A stretch of DNA of 64,000 nt from Candidatus Poribacteria bacterium (lineage in GTDB: Bacteria; Poribacteria; WGA-4E; JAJDTR01): assembly GCA_965222225.1 (NCBI GenBank), contig CBDCTK010000002.1, positions 1,536,001-1,600,000 of the forward strand, given 5' to 3'. Below, in pieces: positions 1 to 9,965 of the stretch (the first letter of the stretch is position 1; every line of letters starts with the position of its first letter). The notes under the pieces were generated by a model that saw only the letters and a list, made by a program, of their open reading frames with translations, made no database searches and was not told the DNA's origin. A program made the position numbers and the translations under genes.

Positions 1-346
1 CAACCGACTGATTAAGGAGGGCGATAGCTATATGTAGGGTGCGCACTGCGCACCAGCCTTTGGGGTTGATTTCTTGTAGGGAGCGATCAAAGGAATGAAT
101 AATGACTGCGATAGCTATATGTAGGGTGCGATCAAACGAGTGGATAACGAGTGCGATAGAAATCCCCTGCGCACCAGCCTTTGGGGTTGATTTCTTGTAC
201 GGTGCAATCAAAGGAATGAATAATGACTGCGATAGAAAATCCTGATAGAAATCCTGACAGGTGTATAGCAGGCGACCACAAAAGCATGAAAAAGCCGCGC
301 CCAAAGTGACCGGAATTGCTTTGCCACCTATTATTCAAACAGGCTC
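1..346. mobile_element. Right part of a MITE-like element filled with REP and GA-hairpin repeats (left end outside the window)
   Basis: Ends in TTATTCAAACAGGCTC followed by TTA, matching the right ends at 41467, 42828 and 45277. Contains REP GTAGGGTGCGCACTGCGCACC (34-54) and 30-nt elements at 85, 130 and ~205. Confidence 0.7.
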
Positions 347-364
347 TTAACCCCTGATATCTTC

Positions 365-2140
365 ATGAACTTTCGAACAACCTTAATCATCTTCATTTTA
401 TTCGCTCTCTCTGCAGGCGGCTACTTCCTGTTTTGGGATGGCGATACAGAGGAAAGTTCTGATTCAAATGAGCAACCAAGAATCAGCGAAATCTACGAAC
501 TAAGCGTTGACACCGTGCAACGAATTCGGCTGTCGTTCAAAGATTCAGCCTACCGGCCTCTGTCCTTGGCAAAGGATGACAACGGCGAATGGCAGTTGAC
601 GGATCCCGTCATAGCTTATGCGAATAGGAGCAAAGTGTCCGAGATGCTGGACGATCTCCTAAACAAACGGGTCAAACGTACGCTGGAGGTCAGTGGACTT
701 TCCCGGTACGAACTAGATCCGCCGAACATCCGGATTGATTTGTGGAACGAAGGCGAGGCGCCAACCCAATCTTTCCTGATTGGCAATAAGACCGTCAACT
801 ACTCGGTCTACGCCAAAGAAGCCTCGGAATCCCACATCTTCCTAATCGAATCCAGCGCGCTCCAGGATCTCACAAAATCGCCCGCTGACATCAGGACGCG
901 CAACGCATTGAAGTTTGAACCGGAGGCGGTTAACGGAATCACGCTTGCGGTTGCTGGCGACGAGCCGATTCGCTGCCGCATGGAAGGTGAGGCGGAGTGG
1001 CGGATGGTGGCGCCTATTCAGGTCAAAGGCGATGCAAAAGAGATTCGCTCGGTTTTGGATGCGCTGCACCTGTTGAAAGTGGCGGAATTTACAAAAGACG
1101 GCGCCATCAATCTGGCAGAATACGGTCTTGAGGTACCGCGGATCCGCGTAACCCTCCAACTGGGGGGCGAATCGAAGGAATTGCTAGTCGGATCGGACAT
1201 CCTAAATGCAACGCGAATCTATGTTAAGCCCGGCGCGCGTGATGCCGTCTATGCGGTCAACAGGGAGATTTATGCTACTTTGAACAAGACGGTCTTCGAT
1301 CTCCGCGGCAAACGCGTCATCGACTTTCAGCGGACCGCAACCAATCGCTTCGAAATCCAAAGACAGGGGCAGGCAAAGATTGTCTGCGCGAAAGACTTGA
1401 AAGGTAATTGGCAGATTGAAGAACCGATTGCCCTGAAAGCAGACGCGGAAATTGTGGATGACATCCTTTTTGGCGTTGACTCACTCAAAGCGGTCGAATT
1501 TGTGGCGGAACAGCCGACAAGCCTAAGCCGTTACGGTCTAGATGCTCCGTCGCTTCAAGTCTCATTCTTCCCGCTAGACGCGGAGCCCGCCGTCTTACTG
1601 CTCGGGAAAATCAAAGGTGATAAGGTCTATGCGAAAGTCAAGAATGCCAAGCGTGTCCTCCTAGTGAAAAGCGACCTGCTAGAGCTTATCGGGTCGGGGA
1701 TTGCGGGGCTCCGCGATAAACAGGTTCTTCAATTTGAGAGTGATGACGCATTTAAACTCAGCTTACGACACGGTGACGTACAACTGACCTGTCAAAAGCA
1801 GGGGGTGAGCTGGCGGCTCGTTTCGCCTGTGCAGGAGGACGCGAACAATGGCGCCGTGAATAGCATGATTTATCGACTCGGTGGCTTGAAAGCCGATAAA
1901 TACTTGGCATCGGCGCCGGGCCTCAACGTCACACGCCTTAACAAACCGGAGGTGCAAGCCACTGTCACCTTAAATAATCTGAAGGAATTCACATTGCAAA
2001 TCGGGATGGCGAATGAACACGACCAACGCTACGCCCGTCTCCGCGCTACGCCGGATACGGTTTTTCTGCTTGAACCCTCGATCTCGGACGAACTCAGAAA
2101 AACCGTCGCCGACCTTCGCCAAGAAAGCAGTGGCTTGTAG
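365..2140 (+). CDS. DUF4340-domain membrane-anchored protein (three tandem repeats)
   Basis: N-terminal TM helix; three modules of type W.L..P....A....V..L...L..L......YGL..P...I.L....L.IG......Y......VF.V. Confidence 0.8.
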   Translation: MNFRTTLIIFILFALSAGGYFLFWDGDTEESSDSNEQPRISEIYELSVDTVQRIRLSFKDSAYRPLSLAKDDNGEWQLTDPVIAYANRSKVSEMLDDLLNKRVKRTLEVSGLSRYELDPPNIRIDLWNEGEAPTQSFLIGNKTVNYSVYAKEASESHIFLIESSALQDLTKSPADIRTRNALKFEPEAVNGITLAVAGDEPIRCRMEGEAEWRMVAPIQVKGDAKEIRSVLDALHLLKVAEFTKDGAINLAEYGLEVPRIRVTLQLGGESKELLVGSDILNATRIYVKPGARDAVYAVNREIYATLNKTVFDLRGKRVIDFQRTATNRFEIQRQGQAKIVCAKDLKGNWQIEEPIALKADAEIVDDILFGVDSLKAVEFVAEQPTSLSRYGLDAPSLQVSFFPLDAEPAVLLLGKIKGDKVYAKVKNAKRVLLVKSDLLELIGSGIAGLRDKQVLQFESDDAFKLSLRHGDVQLTCQKQGVSWRLVSPVQEDANNGAVNSMIYRLGGLKADKYLASAPGLNVTRLNKPEVQATVTLNNLKEFTLQIGMANEHDQRYARLRATPDTVFLLEPSISDELRKTVADLRQESSGL

Positions 2141-2152
2141 CCAGTGGAAGTT

Positions 2153-2460
2153 TGTAGGATCAACCGAGTGGATAACGAGGGCGATAGTCTTGTAGTGAGC
2201 TATATGTAGGGTGCGATCAAAGGAATGAATAATGACTGCGATAGAAATCCCCTGCGCACCAGCCTTTGGGGTTGATTTCTTGTAGGATCAACCGAGTGGA
2301 TAACGAGGGCGATAGTCTTGTAGTGAGCTATATGTAGGGTGCGATCAAAGGAATGAATAATGACTGCGATCAAGCGACCGGATAGGGAGCGCGATAGTCT
2401 TGTAGGGAGCGATCAAGCGAGTGGATAACGAGGGCGATAGTCTTGTAGTGTGGGATCAAG
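2153..2460 (+). repeat. REP / GA-hairpin repeat cluster
   Basis: About six GATCAA-N17-GCGAT(AG) units, GTAG REP halves and a ~128-bp internal duplication. Confidence 0.85.
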
Positions 2461-2594
2461 GGAGTCTAAGTAGGATGTCTCTACTCTTCACGCGTCGCGT
2501 TTTCTGATTTTCGACCTGGTTATTTAGCAGGACAATTCGTTGAACATCCGATCTTGGTGGTTTTACGCGTCATATATTACGCATCATATTCTTA

Positions 2595-2647
2595 ACTAAC
2601 CACTAACCACTAACCACTAACCACTAACCACTAGCCACTAGCCACTG
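2595..2647 (+). repeat. Heptamer tandem repeat (ACTAACC)5(ACTAGCC)2
   Basis: Directly visible; ends about 10 nt before the ATG at 2658. Confidence 0.9.
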
Positions 2648-2657
2648 TTTTTTACCC

Positions 2658-3659
2658 ATGCCTGCAAATCTGCCGCCCGAATACTACAAACTTAAACACC
2701 AACTCGAAGCCGCCAAGACGGACGAGGAACGCCTATCGTTGCTTGAAGAGATGCTCCGCATTACGCCTAAGCACAAAGGCTCCGAGAAAGTGATTTCCGA
2801 TCTTCGGCGACGAATCGCCAAGCTGCGTAACGCCCCTGACAAAAAGGGCGCGACTAAACGACATAGCCACCTCATCCCCAAACAGGGCGCGGGACAAATC
2901 ATACTACTTGGGGCACCGAACGTCGGAAAATCCCGGTTTCTAGCGAGTTGCACCAACGCCAAACCCGATATATCGCGCACTCCTTTCACTACACGTGAAC
3001 CGGCAGTCGGCATGTTAAACTACGAGAATATCCAGTTTCAAATCATTGATACGCCACCGGTGACTGCCGACTTCGTACAACCCGAAATCCTCGATCTCGC
3101 CAGAAATTCAGACATACTACTGATTATTGTCAACCTCGGTGGCGACGACGTGTTGGACGAGGTTGGGGTCGTGACATCCAAACTAAAAGCCGCCAAAATT
3201 GTGATTGCCCGGGAGGTCCATGACGACGGAGTAGACGAGAACAGTTCCTCTACCGAGAGCAGTTCAAGCAAACCGGCTCTAATTGTTGCGAACCAAATAG
3301 ACGTCCCAAACGCCTCTGACCGGCTGGAAATTCTGAGTGAATTTTATGGCGAAACCTTTGAGATTTATCCTCTGTCTGCCGCCACTGGCGAAGGACGCGA
3401 GCACTTGGAGAAAGCAATCTACGACAAACTGGAAATCCTGCGAGTGTACACCAAATCCCCCGGAAAACGCGTCGATCGCGACGATCCGATTGTGCTGCCG
3501 ATGGGCAGCACGGTAATAGATGCCGCCATGAGGCTGCATCGTGACTTCGCCGCGAACCTGAAGTTCGCCCGTGTCTGGGGTGTCAACTGGCACGATGGAC
3601 AATCCGTTAGTCGTGATGACCACGTCCACGATGGCGACATCTTGGAATTCCACATATAG
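2658..3659 (+). CDS. DRG/OBG-family GTP-binding protein with C-terminal TGS domain
   Basis: MPANLPPEY start, PKHKGSEK, G1 GAPNVGKS, FTTREP, DTPP, NQID, SA; TGS-type HRDFA..LKFARVWG...GQ.V..DH...DGDILEFH. Confidence 0.88.
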   Translation: MPANLPPEYYKLKHQLEAAKTDEERLSLLEEMLRITPKHKGSEKVISDLRRRIAKLRNAPDKKGATKRHSHLIPKQGAGQIILLGAPNVGKSRFLASCTNAKPDISRTPFTTREPAVGMLNYENIQFQIIDTPPVTADFVQPEILDLARNSDILLIIVNLGGDDVLDEVGVVTSKLKAAKIVIAREVHDDGVDENSSSTESSSSKPALIVANQIDVPNASDRLEILSEFYGETFEIYPLSAATGEGREHLEKAIYDKLEILRVYTKSPGKRVDRDDPIVLPMGSTVIDAAMRLHRDFAANLKFARVWGVNWHDGQSVSRDDHVHDGDILEFHI

Positions 3660-3678
3660 TTCCGCTTTCGGGTGACCT

Positions 3679-5259
3679 ATGAAAAGATCCTCGCCATTCC
3701 TGATCTGCTCTCTGATTATTCACGTCGGCGCCCTCTTACTGGCGATGTTGCTCTGGGTTGAACCACTTCAACCTCCACTACTTCCGCCCGAGTTTGATGT
3801 TGAATTTTTCCGATTCGTCTGGCCCAAGACCCTGCCGCGCGAACCAATAAAGACTCCAGTCGAACAGCCGCCCGAACCCTTAGTTCAAGCGGTACCACCT
3901 TCCCCGTCAAAGCCAAAACCCGCCGTAAATATGGATTGGAGGGTAACCGAAACAGTCCCATCGGGCGAACGCGATGCAATGCCCGCTAAACCGAACGAGC
4001 CATCCATCGCGGAAACTATTACCGGCACTCCGCACGGCACCCCATCCGCCCGCGACAAACTCCAATCGGAAGGCATCCAGGCAGTTAACCTGCCCCAAAT
4101 CGACCACGGGAACACGTCCGACATTCACGTCGAGCGTTCAAACGTTGTTGTTGCAGGTGTCGAGAAAGAACTCGATGCGGATTCGCCGGATATCGAACTC
4201 GACGAATTGAAATACTGGCATCGCCGCGGCGGCGCCATTGGCGGGACATCGATGGGCAACTCATCCGCCGGTGGTGGCGGCGGAATGGTGGCAACCGGAA
4301 CACCGATACATCTCGACATGATGAACGCCATCGGGCGCGATATCGCCGAGGCAGCCACAACGCGCCAAGTCGATCTCGTATTTGTCATTGACAAAACCGG
4401 CAGTATGAGGGACAATGTGCGTGGTATCCGCGCCTATGTCGACACTATCTTCGATCGACTAACGCGGGCGGGACACGACACTGCCGTCGGCCTCGTGACC
4501 TTCGGCGAGGTTAAAATCTAGAAGTTAAAGGCGCGCGGCGTTACTACCGACCACGGGGCGTTCAAAAACTGGCTGCACAAGGTCAAGATTGAGGGCGGCG
4601 GGGATTTCGCTGAATCGTCCCTTGACGCCCTCGTCACCGCGCAAACCAAATTGAAGTTCAGACGCGGTGCCCAGCGATTCTTCGTCCTCGCAAGCGACGG
4701 TCCTTTCCACGATGCGGATTACGACGGCAAATCAAGGCATTGCCTTGACGATGTCATCGCCTCCCTGCAGCGCGAAGAGATTCGGGTTGATGTCATCGGA
4801 ATCGACTATCTCCCGGTGAAACAGTTGGCGTGGGGGACAGGCGGTAAATGGCGCAAAATCCCCGGCAGGGGAGTTGGAGAGTACACAATCCCGATAACGC
4901 TGACTGCCAAAATGCTTTCTGCGTTTGGTGCGCTCAACTTCAAGGACAATTCGCTAAATGATGAACTCATCGTGCAAATCCCCCGCAATTCGCGTCCTAA
5001 ACGGATCGCAGTCACCTTGAAGGTGCTCAATCCGCTGGGCGAACGATGCTACGGTCCCGTTACGGATCGCCTTGATACCATTAATGAAAAGCAAACGGTC
5101 GTTAGATTAAACCCGGTAATCGACACTGCCGAAATTCGGAGGTTGAAGGGAACCTACACCGTCATTTACCGCCTTGAAAACGACCTTGGTCACCGCAGCA
5201 TTCTACGTCGCACCTTCGATTGGGCGCCGCTGGAAATCGTTGAAGGAAAAACCGAATGA
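3679..5259 (+). pseudogene. Membrane-anchored vWA-domain protein interrupted by an in-frame TAG (4519-4521)
   Basis: ORFs 3679-4521 and 4651-5259 share a frame and are open across the gap. MIDAS-like VFVIDKTGSM precedes the stop; EGGGDFAES and VLASDGPFH follow it. Confidence 0.75.
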
Positions 5260-7508
5260 CATCCAAGATTTGCATCCTTCCCCACATCCTAACGCTGTTG
5301 CTGTTCACCGTTTTGCCGGTCAATGCCCAAGAGCAAACGCAAAGCCGGGAGGATTGCGCCGCAATTGAAAACGCTCACCGCCTCTACTATTCGCGTCAAT
5401 ACCTAGAGGCAATCGAAGCCTATCAAACGATTCTCAAAACCGTGTTATCGAAGGCGACCAAGGCTGAAATCCGTATGAACATGGGACAATGCTACGCCAA
5501 ACGCGGCGGCGACGCCTTGGCTATTCAGACGTTCCAAGCGGTGATCGAGGACGACCCAAACGGATCGTACGCCACTCAGGCGACTCACCAGATTGGGAAT
5601 CTCTTTGTCCGGCGGTATCAGTACAAGGAAGCCATCCTCGCCTGCAAAAAACTGGCAGAGTCGTATCCCGAAACGCGAACCTCCGCGCTTGCCGAATACC
5701 TGATCGCCACATATTTCTATGCGCAGGGAAAGCGGGAACTCGCGACAGAAGGCTATCTTCGTTTTCTTGAGGATTACCCGGCTGCGCCGTATTCAATTAG
5801 CGCAATCTATAATCTAATCGTACTCTACACCGAAGCCAAGAAATACGCCGACGCCGAAGCCTTGATTCGAAATCAACTCCGCAAAAACCCCAAAGATACC
5901 GATATGATGGAGAAGCTGGGCGACCTGTATAAGACTCAAGGCAAACACGAGGATGCGTTGAACCTCTACACCGCCGCGCTGGCGCACGCGCCGGAGGACA
6001 TCAGCCTTCGCGAGAAACTTGGAGGCCTGTACGCGGAGAAGGGGCAACTTGAACGGGCGATCGAGGAATGGACGCGGATCATTGAGAACAATCCGGCGGG
6101 TGCAAATCGGTATCGGCAAGCCGCTGAAATCTACACGGCGCATCGGATGTATGACAAGGCGATCGAATCTTATAAACAGGCAATCAAACTCGACCCGCAC
6201 AGTGCCTACCTGTGTGCGCAACTCGCCGGCGTTTATAAGATTCAAGGCAAAATCAATCTCGTGGTCGGGACGTGCCTCGAAGGGCTGCGGAAAGTGGAAA
6301 TCGGCTATCACGGAAGGGAAATTCTCATTGAAGAGATTGCCGATATCTACGAGGGTGAGCAACGGGAGCGTCTGCTTGAGAAGGTCATCGCGCAAGTAAA
6401 GGACTACGTGACTAGAGATCCGCGGAATCCGAAATTCGTCCTCGCGCTGGCGGAACTCTATTTCTATCACAACCGCTACAATCTCGCGCTTGAGCAGTTC
6501 CGCCGGTTGCCGCAACTGTACGCCGTTGATAGAGGTACTATCCTCCAAAAATATGCCATTCTGCTTCAACGAGCAGAACACCCCGCCGCCGCGGAGTTTT
6601 TTCGGGCAATTATCGACATCTTTCCGGCGTCCGGGGTTGCCCGCAATTCACGGATAAGACTCGCGCGTCTTTATGAGCGCGCGGGGCAGCCGCGTGAGGC
6701 TATCGACGTCTTGACGAACATGAAAGGAGTACACTTGGACGCGGAGGCGCGCTCCCTGGTGGCGCACCTCTGGTTGCACGGAGTCCACGACGTTGACGCC
6801 GCGATGCCCATCTATCAAGCCTTGGCGAATCAGCCGCTGCCGGCAGCGGGCAGGACGGAAGCCCAACTCGGCGTCGCCGAGTGCTACCTCTTGCAGGGTG
6901 AATACGACCTCGCCCGTGAGAGCCTTGAGCGAATTGTTGGCGGCCGAGTGCATCTGAGGCCCGCGGCGCAAAAATTCATCGGCGACTCCTATCTGTTTCA
7001 AGGCGATTTCGAGAAAGCCACTGCCGAATATAAGAAGGTGCTCGACCTCTCGCCGTCCGATGAGTCGAGCAACGATGCGCTGGATCGGATGATTCTCATC
7101 CAGTCGAATTCCGATTATGTGAATGTCCCGCTGGATGGTTACGTGCGCGGACTAAAAGCAAACTTGAACGGCAAGCTGGAAGAGGCACTGCGGATATGTC
7201 GCGAAACAATCGAGGCATTTCCCGAAGCCTTGATTGTTGACGACACGTGGCTGTTAATGGGCGACATTCACAAAAGCCAAGACAGGTACGGCGACGCCAT
7301 CGCGGCGTACGAGAAGGTCGTCGCCGAGGGTAGCCTCACCGCCGCCGAGGGACTGAACGAGATTGCCGTGGTCTATCACCGGGGTTTGCGGGACACAAAA
7401 AAAGCGTTGCAAACCTACCGCCAGCTCGTCCGAGATTATCCCGAAAGCGTCATTGTCCCCTACGCACGCCAACAAGTGGACGCCCTAGCCAAGCTTCAAC
7501 CAAACTAG
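5256..7508 (+). CDS. Secreted tetratricopeptide-repeat protein
   Basis: Signal peptide (..LPVNA-QEQ); many TPR consensus units; ATGA overlap with the upstream gene. Confidence 0.85.
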   Translation: MTSKICILPHILTLLLFTVLPVNAQEQTQSREDCAAIENAHRLYYSRQYLEAIEAYQTILKTVLSKATKAEIRMNMGQCYAKRGGDALAIQTFQAVIEDDPNGSYATQATHQIGNLFVRRYQYKEAILACKKLAESYPETRTSALAEYLIATYFYAQGKRELATEGYLRFLEDYPAAPYSISAIYNLIVLYTEAKKYADAEALIRNQLRKNPKDTDMMEKLGDLYKTQGKHEDALNLYTAALAHAPEDISLREKLGGLYAEKGQLERAIEEWTRIIENNPAGANRYRQAAEIYTAHRMYDKAIESYKQAIKLDPHSAYLCAQLAGVYKIQGKINLVVGTCLEGLRKVEIGYHGREILIEEIADIYEGEQRERLLEKVIAQVKDYVTRDPRNPKFVLALAELYFYHNRYNLALEQFRRLPQLYAVDRGTILQKYAILLQRAEHPAAAEFFRAIIDIFPASGVARNSRIRLARLYERAGQPREAIDVLTNMKGVHLDAEARSLVAHLWLHGVHDVDAAMPIYQALANQPLPAAGRTEAQLGVAECYLLQGEYDLARESLERIVGGRVHLRPAAQKFIGDSYLFQGDFEKATAEYKKVLDLSPSDESSNDALDRMILIQSNSDYVNVPLDGYVRGLKANLNGKLEEALRICRETIEAFPEALIVDDTWLLMGDIHKSQDRYGDAIAAYEKVVAEGSLTAAEGLNEIAVVYHRGLRDTKKALQTYRQLVRDYPESVIVPYARQQVDALAKLQPN

Positions 7509-7519
7509 CGAGACACCCC

Positions 7520-7852
7520 GTAGGGTGGGATCAAACGACCAGCTTCTTTCCGCGTTTCTGAACTATATGTAGGGATCAACTGAGTGGATAACGAAGGCGA
7601 TAGTCTTGTAGTGTGCGATCAAGGAAGCGAATAGCGACCGATCAAGGAAGCGAATAGCGACCGATCAAGGAAGCGAATAGCGACCGCGATAGAGATCTTC
7701 TAGGGAGCGATCAAAGGAATGAATAATGACTGCGATAGCTATATGTAGGGTGCGCACTGCGCACCAGCCTTTGGGGTTGATTTCTTGTAGCGATCAAGGG
7801 AATGGATAATGACCACGATAGAACTCCCATAGAAATCCCCTGCCCACCATTC
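7520..7852 (+). repeat. REP / GA-hairpin cluster including a 23-bp triple tandem (7617-7692)
   Basis: (GATCAAGGAAGCGAATAGCGACC)x3 then GCGATAG; REP at ~7745; an inverted REP lies nearby at ~7980-8000. Confidence 0.85.
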
Positions 7853-8064
7853 CTTGCTACTTGCTTAACAGCGACTTAATCGTAGGATTGGCTATTATGG
7901 CTACACCAAGGAATCTACATTTCACTTACTCTGCGTCCGCTGAATTTCGTCCGAAAATCAGAAATGCGTTCGGAAATCATGGTGGGCAGTGCCCACCCTA
8001 CAACTCTCTCGCATCACGCTTTCAACCAATCACTCACCTCAAAAAACCGGAGCCTTTCTCCCTC

Positions 8065-9078
8065 ATGAACTACGCCGAAGTCCTCTCCGAACTCGAAAAC
8101 CTCGTCAGCGAAACATTCGACCTCTGGGATCACAATCGCATCGGATTCCAATGGCAAAACTACACTTGGAATCACACCATGCGCGTCCGCGCCATGAGCA
8201 TCGAACTCGGTAGACGTGAAGGCGGCGACACCACGAAATTGGAGGTCGCCGGCACCCTGCACGACATCACCAAGCGATACGATGGCGAAATCCTCACCGA
8301 CGAAGGCGGCAAACGCGTTCTGGACCATAACGGATTCTGGTTAAACGAGCCTCTGGAACCGTCGCGAAGCAACGTCGTTACCCAGCTCTACCACGACAAC
8401 GACCTCTACGGGTCAGTCCACCACGAATCCGGTGCCGTCATCACGGAAAAGATTCTGGAGATGTACGACTTCGACCAGGACTTCGTCGACGCTGTTCGCG
8501 CCATCGTCTTGGCTCATCTGAAGCCGACAAACCTCGGCGACGAAGATTATGACATGCTCTATCGCAACATTGAAAACCAAATCCTGTATGACGTGGACAC
8601 GATAGATCCGAATCTCGGCTACACCGCCTTCTTCCGCAACGTCCACATCCACTCCTATTTTGCCCTCCGGCGCGACGGGTTCAATCTCGAAACCTATGTC
8701 CGCGGACTCCCCCGCTTTGTTGACACGAAACAGGAATTTGTCGGCAAACTGCTCACCGAATCCGCGCGCGAGATTGCCGAAGCGCGGCAGGATCGGAAGC
8801 GAGCGCTATTTGCGGAAATGAACGCCGAACTTGACGACATGCCCACCAACCGAAAATACGGTCTGCTCGGAGTCGTCGAATACTTCGTCGGCGAGACCGA
8901 AGACCCGCACTTTGCGCACCAACTCAACCACCTCAAATACGAATGGATCGCCAAGCGCCGCAAATGGATCGCCGAATCTGAAAAAAACGCCGCCGCCCGC
9001 GACAATGCCTCCGCGGCGCTTGACCGCGTCATCAACTTCACGTCCCTCCTGGAGCGCGAGGGTCAAGGGCTTATGTAG
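8065..9078 (+). CDS. HD-domain metal-dependent phosphohydrolase
   Basis: NHTMRV...GTLHDITK...HHESGA...AH..D motifs. Start moved to ATG 8065 because the upstream extension runs through an inverted REP. Confidence 0.8.
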   Translation: MNYAEVLSELENLVSETFDLWDHNRIGFQWQNYTWNHTMRVRAMSIELGRREGGDTTKLEVAGTLHDITKRYDGEILTDEGGKRVLDHNGFWLNEPLEPSRSNVVTQLYHDNDLYGSVHHESGAVITEKILEMYDFDQDFVDAVRAIVLAHLKPTNLGDEDYDMLYRNIENQILYDVDTIDPNLGYTAFFRNVHIHSYFALRRDGFNLETYVRGLPRFVDTKQEFVGKLLTESAREIAEARQDRKRALFAEMNAELDDMPTNRKYGLLGVVEYFVGETEDPHFAHQLNHLKYEWIAKRRKWIAESEKNAAARDNASAALDRVINFTSLLEREGQGLM

Positions 9079-9530
9079 GGCGCCCACTATGTAGGGTGCG
9101 ATCAACCTATATGTAGGGTGCGCACTGCGCACCAGCCTTTTTTCATAGTCATCAACTTCACGACCCTCTTGTAGCGCGAAGCGCACGGACTAATATAAGG
9201 TGCGATCAACCTATATGTAGGGCGGGATCAAGCGAATGGATAATGAGCCGGATGGGCTATCGCGTTCGCTATTCACTCACTTGATCGATAGAACTCCCCC
9301 ATCCTTTTTTTACAATTGTTTGGTTTATCTGTAGGAGCGATCTCCGAATCGCGACTCTCCCGATCGCCTACCCACTCCGGAAGAGCGGCACGTCGATAGT
9401 TGTAGTTGTAGGGTGGGCACTGCCCACCATCCTTATGGTAATGGCTCCTAATGCAGTGCGGATGGAGATGGTGGGCGGTGGATCTCTATTGCAGTCATTA
9501 TCCATTCCTTTGATGGGTGCGTCCATTGTT
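9075..9530. repeat. REP cluster downstream of the RAYT remnant
   Basis: GTAGGGTGCGCACTGCGCACC, GTAGGGTGGGCACTGCCCACC, the doublet GTAGGAGCGATCTCCGAATCGCGACTCTCCCGATCGCCTAC, and GA-hairpin units on both strands. Confidence 0.85.
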
Positions 9531-9569
9531 GAATCAACATTGACAGGTTTGGTGTCACCTCCGCCACAA

Positions 9570-9965
9570 CTACTCTCCCACATTACTTTCGATGCGACTG
9601 AAATCGGGGATATGTGGATGGATATCATTACATGTACAACACCAATCCGCCGGATACCCTCCTCTTTTTACCCATTTATGAAAACTTGAGGGTGCCCACT
9701 GATGCGGACATTGAGCGTACCCGTGCCTCACAGGGTTATAATGGATGTAATCGAGATGGATCTGAAAATCCGCTTCGTCTCGAAGGGCATGTTCCCAAAA
9801 CCGACGTTGCCAAATGTTGCGCTCTCGGTGTTTTCGGCGGGAATTAGATTTGTCTTGTTCTAACCGGGGTGGTGGGAGAGATTTTGTGAATAGTGCTTTC
9901 AGCCTACCGACGCGACCCTCCCGATCGCCTACCCGCCCCGGAAGAGCGGCACGTCGATAGTTGTA
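9570..9965 (-). pseudogene. rayT: REP-associated tyrosine transposase (RAYT/TnpA-REP) with internal deletion
   Basis: N-terminal NYRRAALPG joined to the C-terminal half IWQRRFWEHALRDEADF..HLDYIHYNPVRHG...P..W..SSFH..V..G.YP.DW. The central HUH segment and a normal start codon are missing. Confidence 0.85.

Noticed and set aside
7861-8064. N-terminal extensions in the ORF track (also 16777, 19876, 21465, 50686, 54046)
   Set aside because: They cross REPs, promoters or upstream genes; downstream starts fit RBS, promoter or domain boundaries better.
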